Positions 1 through 11,838 of a stretch of 64,000 bases of DNA are shown here, one piece after another. A program made the position numbers and the translations under genes. Position 1 is the first letter of the stretch. Every line of letters begins with the position of its first letter. Source of the stretch: Eledone cirrhosa (lineage: Eukaryota); NCBI GenBank assembly GCA_964016885.1, contig OZ024743.1:326120001-326184000 (forward strand). Reading direction: 5' to 3'. Under the pieces are notes generated by a model. The model was not told the DNA's origin and made no database searches. It saw nothing but the letters and a program-made list of their open reading frames with translations.

Positions 1-188
1 ATTGGCAGTATCGGTAGAGGGTCGGACGCCATGCTTTGCAACAAAGAGTTACGGCCCTTTATGGTCTGAGTTCAAATCCCGCCGAGGTTAACTTTGCCTT
101 TCATCCTTACGGGGTCGATAAAATAAGGTACCAGTAATACACTGGAATAATTGCTGGCCTTGTGCCAAAAATTAGAAACAGTTATTAT
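1..188 (+). mobile_element. tRNA-derived SINE (family A), starts at window edge
   Basis: A-box-like TGGCAGTATCGGTAGAG, B-box GAGTTCAAATCCC, central GCCTTTCATCCTTACGGGGTCGATAAAATAAGGTACCAG domain and (TTA)-type tail; many near-identical copies elsewhere in the window. Confidence 0.85.
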
Positions 189-436
189 CTTAAGAAAGGC
201 GGTGGATTGGCAGTATCGGTAGAGCGTCAGATTGTTCCTCAAAGCTTGTGTTGAACAAACAGGTGACAAATGCTAATTTTATTTTTTATATATATAATTA
301 AATTATTGTGTACAGTGCTCAGCTGCACTACAACTTCCATATATATATATATATATATATATATAACAAAATTTACTTCGCTCTTTGGATGGCGAATACT
401 TAAATGTATTCGTGAGTGAATAATAATTATATTATA

Positions 437-616
437 ATAATTGTTTCTACTTTTGACACAAGACCAGCAATTACCCCCAGTGCATTACTGGTACTTTATT
501 TTATCGACCCCGTAAGGAAGAAAGGCAAAGTTAACCTCGACAGTATTTGAACTCGGATCGTAAAGGGACATAACTATGCTGGAAAGTATGTCCGATCCTC
601 TACCGATACTGCCAAT
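437..616 (-). mobile_element. tRNA-derived SINE (family A)
   Basis: Reverse complement of the 1-188 element, including the B-box (ATTTGAACTC on +). Confidence 0.8.
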
Positions 617-620
617 TATT

Positions 621-795
621 ATATTGTTATTCGGTTTGTTTGCAAGCACACAGCCTCATAAAGCCATGTGTGTCTTATAGATGACCAACATCATCCTTTT
701 GTCCCAGCGGTACAAATGGATGACGTTGGTTATCTATAAAACACACATGGTGTTTATGGGGCTGTTTGCTTGCAAACAAACCGAATATTAACAAT
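621..795. mobile_element. Foldback MITE-like palindrome
   Basis: About 75-bp imperfect inverted arms (TTCGGTTTGTTTGCAAGCACACAGCC...CATCC / GGATG...GGCTGTTTGCTTGCAAACAAACCGAA) around a short spacer; partial homologue at about 39265-39345. Confidence 0.75.
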
Positions 796-908
796 TCAGT
801 GAAATTCCGTCATAACGAAATTCACGGGGTATTAAAAAAATATTCGTTGTAACGAAAATTTCATTATAACGAGATTGTCTGAAACAAATCGAACGTATTA
901 CCTCAGGG

Positions 909-966
909 ACTGATCAGCTCAAGGTACAGATCGAACCTCGAGCTGATCAGTAGCGAAACGCGCGTC
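909..966 (+). ncRNA. Truncated hammerhead-ribozyme-like motif of a PLE terminal repeat
   Basis: 17-bp hairpin ACTGATCAGCTCAAGGT/ACCTCGAGCTGATCAGT followed by GAAAC-GCGC-GTC (palindromic stem III plus GUC triplet) and AATAAA at 974; the upstream CUGAUGA core is not seen. Confidence 0.45.
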
Positions 967-1008
967 ACCAACCAATAAACGTAATGAAGGAGTAACCATT
1001 CGTCCTTG

Positions 1009-1011
<3 letters not shown>

Positions 1012-1090
<79 letters not shown>
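1012..1090. repeat. (TA)n microsatellite
   Basis: About 40 perfect TA units. Confidence 0.98.
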
Positions 1091-1093
<3 letters not shown>

Positions 1094-1200
1094 AGAAAAA
1101 AGAGAATCAGTGTTGCGACGAAAGGAATTTATTGGACATATTACAATTGTTTCTCGGGTGACCAGCTCGAGGCACGATCGATATGGTGATCAAATCTGAC
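1091..1200 (-). mobile_element. PLE-like 3' terminus with degenerate hammerhead-like motif
   Basis: Minus strand reads GATCGTGCCTCGAGCTGGTCACCCGAGAAACAATTGTA...AATAAA, similar to 930-979 and to 56415-56480. Confidence 0.45.
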
Positions 1201-2239
1201 TCTGAAATCACACGGTCGTCGGATACGTCTCGATTCTACGAAGCAGATTTTCCTATAACCCTTTAACATCGAATTTCTTCGTTTGTTGATTTAGATCCTG
1301 TTGTTGTCCTTCCATGAGTGGTCAAGAATTGTACACGTCACCGGTATTTCTAGCCACTCATGGTTGCCCACTTCTTGCTTCTTCTCGTTCTCCACCTGTC
1401 AATCAAAATTTCTTCATGTATCAGAATTACTACTGTGGTCGGAGAGGGGTTGTAATCTTGAACGGCTGGCATCACTTCGACGTCTTCATTGCCCCTAGGT
1501 ACCTTAGTCTACATCGGTGAGGTACACACCCGCAATTATGCTGTATGCGGCATTCATCATAAATAATGTTTTGCGGGAATTTAAAAAAAAACAAATCATA
1601 GGGATATTTAGCGTAACATTTGCAGGACACAGCCTTAGGATACACTCCGCCATACATATTTCAAAAAGAAAAAGAAAAAAACCTGTATCAAGAACGTTTT
1701 TTTAAAAAACGTTTTTAAAAGAAAGCTTTCAACAGCCATTCAAACGGAAGGGCTATATCAAAGGTGTTTTCAACAAATAGACCCAATTCTACACTCACAC
1801 ACTGGACTCAGGGTAGCGTGTGTAGCCAAGACGCCGCACATATATAGGCAGATGAGAAAAGAAAACTCCATGGAAAGTCATCCGTACTCCCACGCATACA
1901 TGCTCAGACAAATACATCGACCCATGCATGCGCACACCCGTGCTCATGCATGTCTGTGTGGGCACACATACATACATGCACCCGCGTGCTCCCACACGGG
2001 ATGCATATACTTGACTACCCACGCGCCGCTGCGCAGATGTTGCACACAGTATTGTATGAGACAACACATTTGAGGCCTTGACCCAACCTGATCACGTGGC
2101 GGCGTGAGTCCGAGGGTGCCTGCACAATATGCCTAAATGTTACGGCAGCACAATATCCCTGCAATAATCGCATATAGCGTGGGTGGCACATATATAAAAA
2201 ATACTTATGTACATAACATAAAATAATGAAATAATATGC

Positions 2240-2400
2240 AATAATTGTTTCTACTTTTGGCACAAGGCCAGCAATTACCCAGTGCATTACTGGTACTTTA
2301 TTTTATCAACCCCGTAAGGATGAAAGGCAAAGTTAACCTCGGCGGGATTTGAACTCAGAATGGCAAGGGCCGTAACTTTATGCGTCAAAGCATGGCGTCC
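2240..2400 (-). mobile_element. tRNA-derived SINE (family A)
   Basis: Same central domain, B-box and tail as 1-188. Confidence 0.85.
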
Positions 2401-3264
2401 AATAAAATAAAATACAATAAAGTAAAATGCTGGAAAAAGAGAATGCATACATGACAAGGATGCAGAGGGGGACCGGGCATTATCGAGGTGTGCGTAAAGT
2501 TTCATACAATAGTTGGGGGCTGTGGTGCAAATTATTATATGATATACATGGGGGCTGGTGGGTTAAGGCACTGGGTGGTAGCCTGCACATGATGCAGGTC
2601 TCGTTGCTTGTGGATAGATGTGAGCCGTGCGTGTGTGCACAAACAAGTTATATATATTGTGGTTATGTGTAACATCCATTTCATAAAAGTAAATATGAGA
2701 TGTGCATGGGTTTGATGTATAGATGGAATATAAAGGGTATTTGCTTCATAACAATATATATGGAATGCACGTGGAGTGTATGTATGATGAAATGTGCCAG
2801 CGGCATGCGTTGTGTGCGTGTGTATATTAGCGGCATGGAACGACAAAATTAAAACTTGAAATCAAAATTAAAATTGAAATTAAAATTAAAATTAACATCA
2901 ACATTACAATTAGCTGCGACATTAACCTTAAGACCAGCATCAAGTTCATCATCCAAGTAGCGACACCGCGAATCGAATATCGGAAATCAACAATTTAAAT
3001 ATTTTTAAGTTTGAAAATTTAAAAATTTAAAAATTTAAAACGACACATATGTTTGTAGACCCAATCCTACTTGTAATGAGTCGGCGTCCGCAAATTGGTG
3101 TGGTGGTGCTATGGTGGGAAACGTTGGAACTGTCATTGCTATCAGCTTGTGCTGTCATGCATTCATAGTTATGCAGTGTTCTATTGTGGTCCGCTGCATG
3201 CGCTCCACTTGGTGTTGCGGTGCCGGTGGTGCGCTATGTAGATCCATCCGGTATCACTAGGGCG

Positions 3265-4112
3265 GATAGTTTGCATTTACGTTAATGTCTGCATGCCATG
3301 ATTATTTCAGACATGAGGTTGACTGCGTCGCCCTTAAGTTTTATTATCTCCATAGCCTCGGACAGGTATAACTTGCACTTCCTGTCTCCGGCCGAGTACG
3401 CATTCGCATGCTGTGCAATACCCCCAGCTGAGGTCATATTCTATACACTGTCTTTGAGTCTTCATACTAAGTCCGCCAATCTGGTGGAATGTCTCTTGTT
3501 CCTGTCCTTAAACGAGCTCTTGTGGTAGTACATCCTCGACTTAAAAGTCGTGGATGTAGCTCCGATGTATGTGTGCCTATCGCTGTGCGTGGTAACCACA
3601 CATCTATAGACAACGCCATTCTCTGCAGGGGGCACTCCTCACGGACACAGCAGTTACATGTCCGTGCATCATTTTTGCAACTCCCGTTACGTGGTCCAGG
3701 CGTCTTATTCGTGTTCTCACCGGTCCTCGAGTGGTGCTCCGGCGGAGTGGTGGACTCAATGTTCACCAACAGCTGGTCCCTGCTGGCAGGTCTGGGGCTC
3801 TCCGCAGCCGCGGCTCTGCCCCAAACACGTCCCCAGAACCATCAGCCACTACCGCGTGCTCCCCCCCCCCCCCACCTGCGGGTCTGGTGCCTGGTCGTTG
3901 CGCCCATGAGGTGTCCTCAATTTCAACGCGTTGGTCCTGGCCATGTAGTCTGCCATGTTGGGTGCCGTGGAAAATGAGAACTTCACGGTGTGCCGATTGA
4001 AAATTTTGTGGTACCTGTGTGAAGCCGGGAAACACTCGTCCAATGCCCTCAAGAAGAGACCTGGCACGTTAGTGCATACATGCTTCGAGTATGGTGCATT
4101 AAACCATGTTAC
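3265..4112 (-). mobile_element. Penelope-like retroelement remnant (Naiad-like): RT thumb/linker plus C-terminal GIY-YIG endonuclease, pseudogenised
   Basis: Manual minus-strand translation across frameshifts: WFNAPYSKHVCTNVPGLFLRALDECFPASHRYHKIFNRHTVKFSFSTAPNM; TCNCCVREECPL; GVVYRCVV...TYIGATSTTFKSRMYYHKSSF...STRLADLV*RLK...W.IAQHANAYSAGDRKCKLYLSEAMEI...EIIMACRH. These match the CNC..CPL / VVY..YIG / CxH signature of Naiad-type PLEs. Confidence 0.85.
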
Positions 4113-4119
4113 GTTTCTA

Positions 4120-5386
4120 GATCTATTTCTATTTCGTAGTTTTGAGCAAAAATTTCAAATTATTCTGACCTAGGGACGTATTAGGCGATTTAGCGATCTC
4201 TTTCTCTTTCTCTTAGTCTTTCTCTTTTTAGATAGATACATAGATATGACGTCGCGCCTTCATAATATCTGTCTGTATGCCTGACTGTCTGCATTGCGAC
4301 ATTATGACGCGATCAGTGTGTATATATGTATATATATAGTGTGTGTGTGTGTATATATATATTCTTATGCTAGCTAGCGTCTTCACGAACCAAAGTATCG
4401 TCTTCCTGTTTTCCTTCGGTTGCAACGTTTTTCGAAATATTTACATCTGCGTTCACAGATTGATTTTTTTAGTTTCAGAAGATCCCGTTAAGGTTGAAAG
4501 CAGCGATTCTTTGCTTAAACATTAATATATTATTTTAATAAAGATATTCGTGTACAGATATTTTTGCATGCACAAAAACAAAATATAAACAAACAAGGCT
4601 GGCGATTACATAATCACATGCATCACTGACAGATATTTTTGCATACACAAAAACAAAATATAAACAAACAAGGCTGGCGATTACATAATCACATGCATCA
4701 CTGACAGATATTTTTGCATACACAAAAACAAAATATAAACAAACAAGGCTGGCGATTACATAATCACATGCATCACTGACAGATATTTTTGCATACACAA
4801 AAACAAAATATAAACAAACAAGGCTGGCGATTACATAATCACATGCATCACTGACAGATATTTTTGCATACACAAAAACAAAATATAAACAAACAAGGCT
4901 GGCGATTACATAATCACATGCATCACTGACAGATATTTTTGCATACACAAAAACAAAATATAAACAAACAAGGCTGGCGATTACATAATCACATGCATCA
5001 CTGACAGATATTTTTGCATACACAAAAACAAAATATAAACAAACAAGGCTGGCGATTACATCAGTTAGTCTTAGTGTACTTCATACTGCTTTTAGGTAGA
5101 AGATTCCGTTAAGGGTGAAAGCAGCGATTCATTTTCTGCGTTCACAGATTGATTTTTTTGTTTCAGAAGATCCCGTTAAGTGTGAAAGCAGTGATTCTTT
5201 GCTTAAACTTTAATATGTTATTTTTATATATATATATATATATATTCGTGTACAGATATTTTTGCATATACAATAACAAAATATAAACAAACGTATTTAT
5301 TTCACGAGGCTCGATAAGGATAAATATATATCAAATATATAAGAACCCTAGAGCAAATCCCGAGCAACGCCGGGCCATTCTGCTAG
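4120..5386 (+). mobile_element. Non-autonomous Helitron-like element (5' end uncertain)
   Basis: 3' terminus with GC hairpin CCCGAGCAACGCCGGG (5359-5374) 8 nt upstream of CTAG (5383-5386) followed by T; internal duplicated block (about 4447-4560 vs 5137-5290); homologous piece at about 43630-43692 (-). Confidence 0.6.
4553..5061. repeat. 75-bp minisatellite, about 6.8 nearly identical copies
   Basis: Unit ACAGATATTTTTGCATACACAAAAACAAAATATAAACAAACAAGGCTGGCGATTACATAATCACATGCATCACTG; produces the 25-aa repeat ORF 4535-5023. Confidence 0.97.
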
Positions 5387-5494
<108 letters not shown>

Positions 5495-5679
5495 CATTCT
5501 CATTGCTTGTATTGATCAAATCTAGTTTGCATATCAGAAATGCGTTGTTATGTAAATAAAGAGCTTGTGTGAATACCCTAACATAAATCCAATCCTCTAT
5601 ATCTTGTGAATCATTCATTTATACTTCAATATTTAGAATATAAGACCTGTTGAACTACCCAGCACTACAGTATCGTCAA

Positions 5680-5870
5680 TCTTCTTTTTCTTTTTCTTCG
5701 CGAGGGGATCGTGGGACCAGAGTTCAGAGACAACACCTTCCAGAGAGTCCTGCCGGAAACAACCGCCTCTAAATGATCCAGCTGGATCCCCAAAGCGAGA
5801 GCAACCCATGATTACAGATGTTATCCAACTATCTTGCTCGTTCTCTACCTTAGACATTCTAATCACATTC
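5680..5870 (-). mobile_element. 3' fragment of second RTE family (Expander/REX3-like)
   Basis: Homologous to 24093-24310 (IRMS..EQD.WITS; GGGGATCCAGCTGGATCA; GAA-rich tail). Confidence 0.65.
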
Positions 5871-5981
5871 GTTCAATCACTACCTATTTTACTGTACTCT
5901 CAATAATTAACTCTGTTAATGAACTGAGTGACATCTCTTCATTCTATTTTATTTACATAAAATCCAATGGAAAATAGGTTT

Positions 5982-6297
5982 CGATGTTTCTCCAGAATAC
6001 ACCCCCACCCCACCCCCCACACACACCAACACTTGGGAAATTTATGTAAATAAATACTCCGAACTAATATATCTCAAATTGGGTTGGGATTATGGTAATG
6101 GTTTAGGATCAGGGTTATGGTTCGGGTTTAGAGTTAATTCATGTTTTCTGTTTGTATGTCTATTAATCTGGAGTCAATTAATTACAGGAAACTGACAGAA
6201 TTAACCCTAACCCTAATTTGGAATAAATTAGTTCGGATTATATTGTTTTTATTAATTTATTATTGGTGGGGTAGGTCTAATTCTGGAGAAACAACAA
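5982..6297. mobile_element. TIR MITE with internal telomere-like (TTAGGG-variant) arrays
   Basis: TIR GATGTTTCTCCAGAAT / AATTCTGGAGAAACAAC; internal GGGTTA/TAACCC variants; homologous to 9000-9319. Confidence 0.65.
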
Positions 6298-6584
6298 TTT
6301 GCTTTCATTTCTCGTTCGAGTCCAACAGTTTTGATTATCTCCCTTTGTTTATTCTCGGCACCCTAAGCGTACATGATTAACCAGTTGTTGTTATAGTTAC
6401 AATGCATATGTGACAAGATACAAAGAATTGACATATCGTCTAGTTTGCCTAACAATCCTATCAGCTAGGTGGTCATCTACAACTCAACCAATTCGAAGAG
6501 AAAAATAAAATACATTCCTAGCTTTCTTTTTTTTTTCTATCTATCACTCGATGTTGGACCTTGGTCGGGTCCGACAAAGAATGT

Positions 6585-6848
6585 TGCAGTTAAATCATTG
6601 AACGGAACAGACTGCTCGTTAAAATAAAACCCAAGTGACTAAACATTCCACAGATACGTGTACCTTTATAGTAGTTCCCAGAAACATCCAGCGTGACACT
6701 GTGAGAAGACTGGCTCTATGAATTACAGGTACATCTCGTTGTTTGCTATCTGAGTGGACTGGAGCAACGTTAAATATCACAACGCACCGCCGGGAATCGA
6801 ACTCATGATTGTCAGTCGAACAACCTAACTGCTAAGCAACATGCCCTC
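6585..6848 (-). mobile_element. tRNA/CORE-like SINE (family C)
   Basis: Minus strand GGCATGTTGCTTAGCAGTTAGG...GAGTTCGATTCCCGGC head; body homologous to 51582-51830 and 15640-15805. Confidence 0.7.
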
Positions 6849-8039
6849 GGTTGTTCAACAATAAAGTTCGGTTGACATAACTACGATTTAGTGCCCTCAT
6901 CTAAACTTGGTTTCCTTATAATTGTCGAAATAACTGTTTCTACTTTTTGGCACAAGTCTAAATAATGTAAAAAAATGTGCAAAGATACGTTTTCCGTGTT
7001 GTAGATGATTACAGTGAGTGATATATATATATATATTAATATATATATATATATATATATAATTATATTATAATTAAATAGCTCTGTAGCATACATAGAG
7101 TATTCCCCTTTTCTTTACCCTTCCTACGGAAATACTTCATATATATATATATATTAATAAATAATCTTTTTTATTTCCATACAACAAATATACAAGATTA
7201 AATATTTAGAGGCGAAGAAAAGAAAGAAAGATGAGTAAGGTAGGAAAAAAACAGAGAGGAAAAATATATATAAATGATATAGGTTCAAAAAAAAAAAAAA
7301 AGGGAAACACTAGCAGGTTGGACCACATACATCAAAAGGCAAACGAAAGGGGTGGACAAACGAACCGCTGCCAGAAGAAAAAATAATGATATCGCGAGGA
7401 GCACTGGAACCTCTCTAATAATTTTTAAATTGTATTTATATTTTTATATCGTTTCGGTCGTTAATGCTTTCATTTACTGAATTTACTCAATTTGTGTTTA
7501 TAGTGGACCAAACGTAAACACGATAATTTTTCCATCGTGCCTTCAAATTATATATTGTTAATGAATAATGAGAATAATGTAAATTTGTCTTTACGGCAAC
7601 GCAGTTTCATTTCTACACATGAATTTCGAAAAACAATGTTTTATTTTTTTTATTTCATCAACATAAGTTTAATATATTCTTTTGAAAATGTATGTCTGCA
7701 AAATTTCATTGAAAAATATGCATTATTAAGATATGCACTATAAGGAATCAAAGTCGTGGCTGAGGGCACTAAACTGTAGTTGGGTTGTTCGGTTTTCCTT
7801 CCTTCTCGTGGGAATTTTATTCGTTAATGATACTTATTTCGATGGACAAGGCTTCGATATTTTTGTTGGAAGAGTGGGGAGAGGCATTTAATTGATTTGG
7901 TCAACCCAGTACATTACGCTTGCTTAATTTATCCACTCCGGAAGGATGATAGAAAAAAATTGAACTCAGGACGTAAAGGCGTGCAACAAAATACCACACA
8001 GGGAGATTGGCGGGTAGTAATGAACCTCAGTCGATTTCG

Positions 8040-8292
8040 ACGATGAATCAAAAGAATAGCCTGTTTGACTGAACATTTCACAAACACGTATCTTTAACAT
8101 AATTTTCAATGAGTTCAGCGTGACCTGTGGCAAAGCTGGCTCTTTGAATTACAGGTACAGTGCATCTGACGGGCTTCACAAGGCATGGGTCGATGCGCGG
8201 CTTTAGTAAATGACACTCAAGATGCCACATAATGGGATCAAACTCAGGACCTAATGATTGCGATGCAAGCTTCTTAACCATTCGGCCATGTT
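8040..8292 (-). mobile_element. Composite SINE (family B head plus family C tail), degenerate
   Basis: tRNA-like head at 8230-8292 (-) and shared AATTACAGGTACA / GACGGGCTTC blocks; same arrangement at 15640-15950 and 49815-50085. Confidence 0.6.
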
Positions 8293-8537
8293 GTGTCCAC
8301 GGAAGATTGGCAAAAGCGTTAGGTTTAATATATATATAGTGCTGAAAAACTTGGATCAACGGAGATTGTCCAAGCAATTAGTAAATAAAAACTTGTTTGT
8401 TTAAAATCTAAACAAAAGCAAAGTAAATTATTCCAATATGATTAATTGATCAAAGTTTTGCGCAATATAGACTATGTAGATTAAAAGTATCTTCCTTTGG
8501 CGATATTGTTGATATTTATAAGCTTCATTACAAACAT

Positions 8538-8720
8538 ACACTCGGGTTCCAAATAATAGGGCGAGTGGAATAAGCGGGATGGGTGGAAAATCGATCATTT
8601 TTTTAGGTTGTCTTCATTGATTTTTTTTTTTAAAACTAGAATTAGTCGTTTAGTTTACATATTGATATCCCAACCCAATTAATAAGCGGGGAGGGGGGCG
8701 ATTATTCGAAACCCAAGAAT
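8538..8720. mobile_element. Tc1/pogo-like MITE
   Basis: Imperfect TIR TACACTCGGGTTCCAAATAAT / ATTATTCGAAACCCAAGAATA with TA ends and subterminal AATAAGCGGG repeats. Confidence 0.55.
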
Positions 8721-8736
8721 ATTCTATCTTACTATT

Positions 8737-8783
<47 letters not shown>

Positions 8784-8999
8784 ATTGATCTCTCTTAGTC
8801 TACCCAGCTATCTTTAGAGATCAGATACACTCCAAATCCACATTGTTTGCATTGTTTATTTTGTCGGTCAACTGACTCTATTGAAGTTATCTCCTTTGTT
8901 GTTTTTAGATTTTTAAACACTTAAAGAGGGAGATTTTGCCAACTGATAGCTTGGATAATCTGTTGATCGCTCTTTCTCAACTCACTGTATTACATTTGT

Positions 9000-9319
9000 G
9001 GGTGTTTCTCCAAAATAGCACTCTTATATCCCACCCTGTAAGAAATTAATATAAATAAGACAATAATATAATCTGGACTAATTTATTCCAAATAAGGGTT
9101 AGGATTTAGGTTTTAATGGTTGTGGTTAGTATTAGGGTTTAGGATTAGGGTTAATTCAATCAGTTTCATGTAATTATTTGAGTTCATCTTAATAGCGATA
9201 TTAACATAAAATGTGAATTAACCCGAACCCCTAAACTCTAATTTGGAATAAATTAGTTCAGATCATATTATTGTCTTAAATCAATTTATCATAGGGGCAG
9301 TTATTCTGAAGAAGCAACC
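9000..9319. mobile_element. Palindromic TIR MITE with telomere-like internal repeats
   Basis: TIR GGGTGTTTCTCCAAAATA / TATTCTGAAGAAGCAACC; inner inverted arms (GACTAATTTATTCCAAA / TTTGGAATAAATTAGTT); ATTTGT on both flanks (6-bp TSD candidate). Confidence 0.7.
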
Positions 9320-9331
9320 ATTTGTGTGACC

Positions 9332-9499
9332 CAGTGCCGGATTTAGGACAAATGAGGCCCTGTGCTAGTTAAGTTATGAGGCCCCTTACTTGGGCCCTGA
9401 AGGAGGTAAAAACATTTTTTGGCAGGAAGATGGGCAGCCCCCTGGCCAACGGGACCGTGTGCTTAAGCACACCTAAGCCCAATGGTAAATCCAGCACTG
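9332..9499. mobile_element. hAT-like MITE
   Basis: TIR CAGTGCCGGATTTA / TAAATCCAGCACTG; internal GAGGCCC repeats; degenerate 8-bp flanks GTGTGACC / GTTAAACC. Confidence 0.7.
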
Positions 9500-10369
9500 G
9501 TTAAACCATGCCGCATTCGTATTTTATATTGACAACACTTCACTAAGGTATTTTCCATTGGCCATATTATTGAAACAAGTTAGAGCGTCGGACAAACTGC
9601 CTTGCTGTATTTAGTTTTGAGTTCAAATTTCGCCAATGTCAGTTTTGTCTTGTATCCTTACAGCCACATAATTTTTGTTTGTTTGTTTTTTGCTTCATTA
9701 CTAGGATAGTAAAAAACAAATAACTTCTCATTAACTAGACAAGTTCACATTGCTGAGATTACAAATGATGTTACGGTGTTATTTCATGCTCTCTGTTCAT
9801 CTCTCAAAATATTACAGTCAAATATTTGTGTTAATCTCATTTTGAAATCGCTATTTTCACTTTTAAGTCGTAAAGTCTCATTTCGAAATCATTAATCTCA
9901 CTTTGAACTGATATCTCCCCAGTCAAAAGTACAAATACTGCAGTCATGTACAAGGGTAGTTTAATAGACTATACTCTCCCCCAATTTTGTTGTTTTTGTG
10001 TCAAAATTAACGCGATACAGGGTGGTGGATGGTAGATATGTAGAGCATCCGACCAAATTCCTTTACATTTTGAATTCAAATCCCGCTGATATCAACTTTG
10101 CATTGTATCCCTACATGTTAGATGTTTTTTATGTACTGCGGAATCCAATATAATAGATTACACTCCTTCAACAGAGATGTGATATGCAGATGAGGTTAGC
10201 TTTTACGTTACTCCTTTGCTGTACTTAACGAAGACGAAACAGCCAATCTTCCCTAAAAAAAAAGGTTCACCTCTGCTGTCATTTATCACAATAAAGATGA
10301 TATACCCAGTCACTTGATATAATAAATATCGACCTGTTGCATTTATTAATCTCAAGCATAGTTGATTAA

Positions 10370-10620
10370 AGCTGGCCAGAGTTATTCAAATGTTTTCCAT
10401 GAACATTCCCTTAGGACCATACTTAGGATTTGTTGGCGTGACCACATCACAAATCATGGAAAGGGCTCAGTTGAGTAGTCTATGGGATGTCATTGCCGTA
10501 CGACGGCGGAAGATGCTTGTCCATGTGCATGTCCACGAAGAGACGAGAGAGGGCTTGAGATCATACGAAATGGAGATCTCTCGTCGCACAATGCTCCAGG
10601 GGAGAGCAAAGGGAACTAAG
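10370..10620 (+). mobile_element. 3' fragment of a third RTE-type LINE
   Basis: Translates across frameshifts to VFHEHSLRTILRICWRDHITN..IMERAQLSSLWDVIAVRRRKMLVHV, the typical RTE C-terminal region; ends GGAACTAAG. Confidence 0.65.
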
Positions 10621-10703
10621 GAAGGGGGGGGGGGTTATTCAACACATACACGAATGATTATAATCTTGCTATTAAAGAAACCGTTACTTGTTATGGCTTA
10701 GAT

Positions 10704-11429
10704 CAGGGGTGTCAAACATGCGGCCCGCGGTAGAACAATTTTCATGACTAATATTTTCCTAAAACTTGTCAATTTGTCCGTTTTAATAATGTTTATTGGA
10801 CAAATCATTGCAATTTACCCATGAAATCCAATAAAATGGTGAGGGGGGAGGGGGCCAATTTATCGCCAGTGAAAACGAAAAAAAGGAAATTTATAAAGAG
10901 TAAAATCATAATTAAGGAAAATTTGAAACGAAAATGTGTCCCCCTATATTTTAGACGCATTCACATACTATCATATGTATATTTAGGTAAACATAATACA
11001 TAATAAATAGCAGTCGCTCAGTTGTTTTTTGCAAATTAGCAATACTGTATAACTGATGGAAATCACCACACCCTCACCCCTTATCTCATCTTGGCCTGCT
11101 GGACGCCTTCCCCAGAACATAATGATTTCTACTATAGGCACAAGGCCAGCAATTTGGGAAGAGGGGGGAAAAGTCGATTAAATTGACCCTTAGTGCATTA
11201 CTGGTACTTTGTTTTATCGACCCCCGTAAGAATGAATAACCTCGGTGGGATTTGAACTCAGAACGTAAAGGGCCTCCCCCAGAACATAATTGTTTCTACT
11301 TTTGCCACAAGGCCAGCAATTATTCCAGTACATTACTGGTACTTTATTTTATCGACCCTGTAAGGATGAAAGGCAGAGTCAACCTCGGCAACACAATGTC
11401 CCTTTAAGCCCTTGAGTGTGAGACACCTG
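10704..11429. mobile_element. hAT (Charlie-like) non-autonomous transposon with nested SINEs
   Basis: Left end CAGGGGTGTCAAACATGCGGCCCGCGG, right end GAGACACCTG; 8-bp flanks GCTTAGAT / GCCTAGAA (TAGA-centred); two family-A SINE pieces at 11120-11390. Confidence 0.65.
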
Positions 11430-11798
11430 GCCTAGAAAATCTAACATATAAATATGTTTTAATCTAAAAAGATACAGAATGATTCTAGTAAATTACAAAA
11501 TAAATTTTGTGAAAATATCTCGTTTTCCAAGGAATATACTTACATATTTGAGTGTTTAAGACAGTAATAATTGCATGCATTCATGTGGGTGTGCATATGC
11601 GTAATGACCAATGACATTTTCCAAAACAACGCTGTTTAAATTTTTATTTAAATTTTATACACACGCATACACATACACACACACATGTATATATGTATGT
11701 ATATATACAAACATATATATATGTATATACACACACACACACTTTGTCATGTGCACCCCTTTATATATATATATACACACACTTTGTCATGTGCACCC

Positions 11799-11838
<40 letters not shown>

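Noticed and set aside
3265-3700. Selenocysteine recoding in the Naiad-like PLE
   Set aside because: The in-frame TGA (LV*RLK) falls at a position usually Trp, other stops are TAA/TAG and frameshifts are present; this fits decay, and no SECIS was recognised
4535-5023. 162-aa ORF with 25-aa repeats; also resemblance to a CRISPR array
   Set aside because: It is the translation of a 75-bp tandem repeat with identical units and no unique spacers; eukaryotic context, no cas genes
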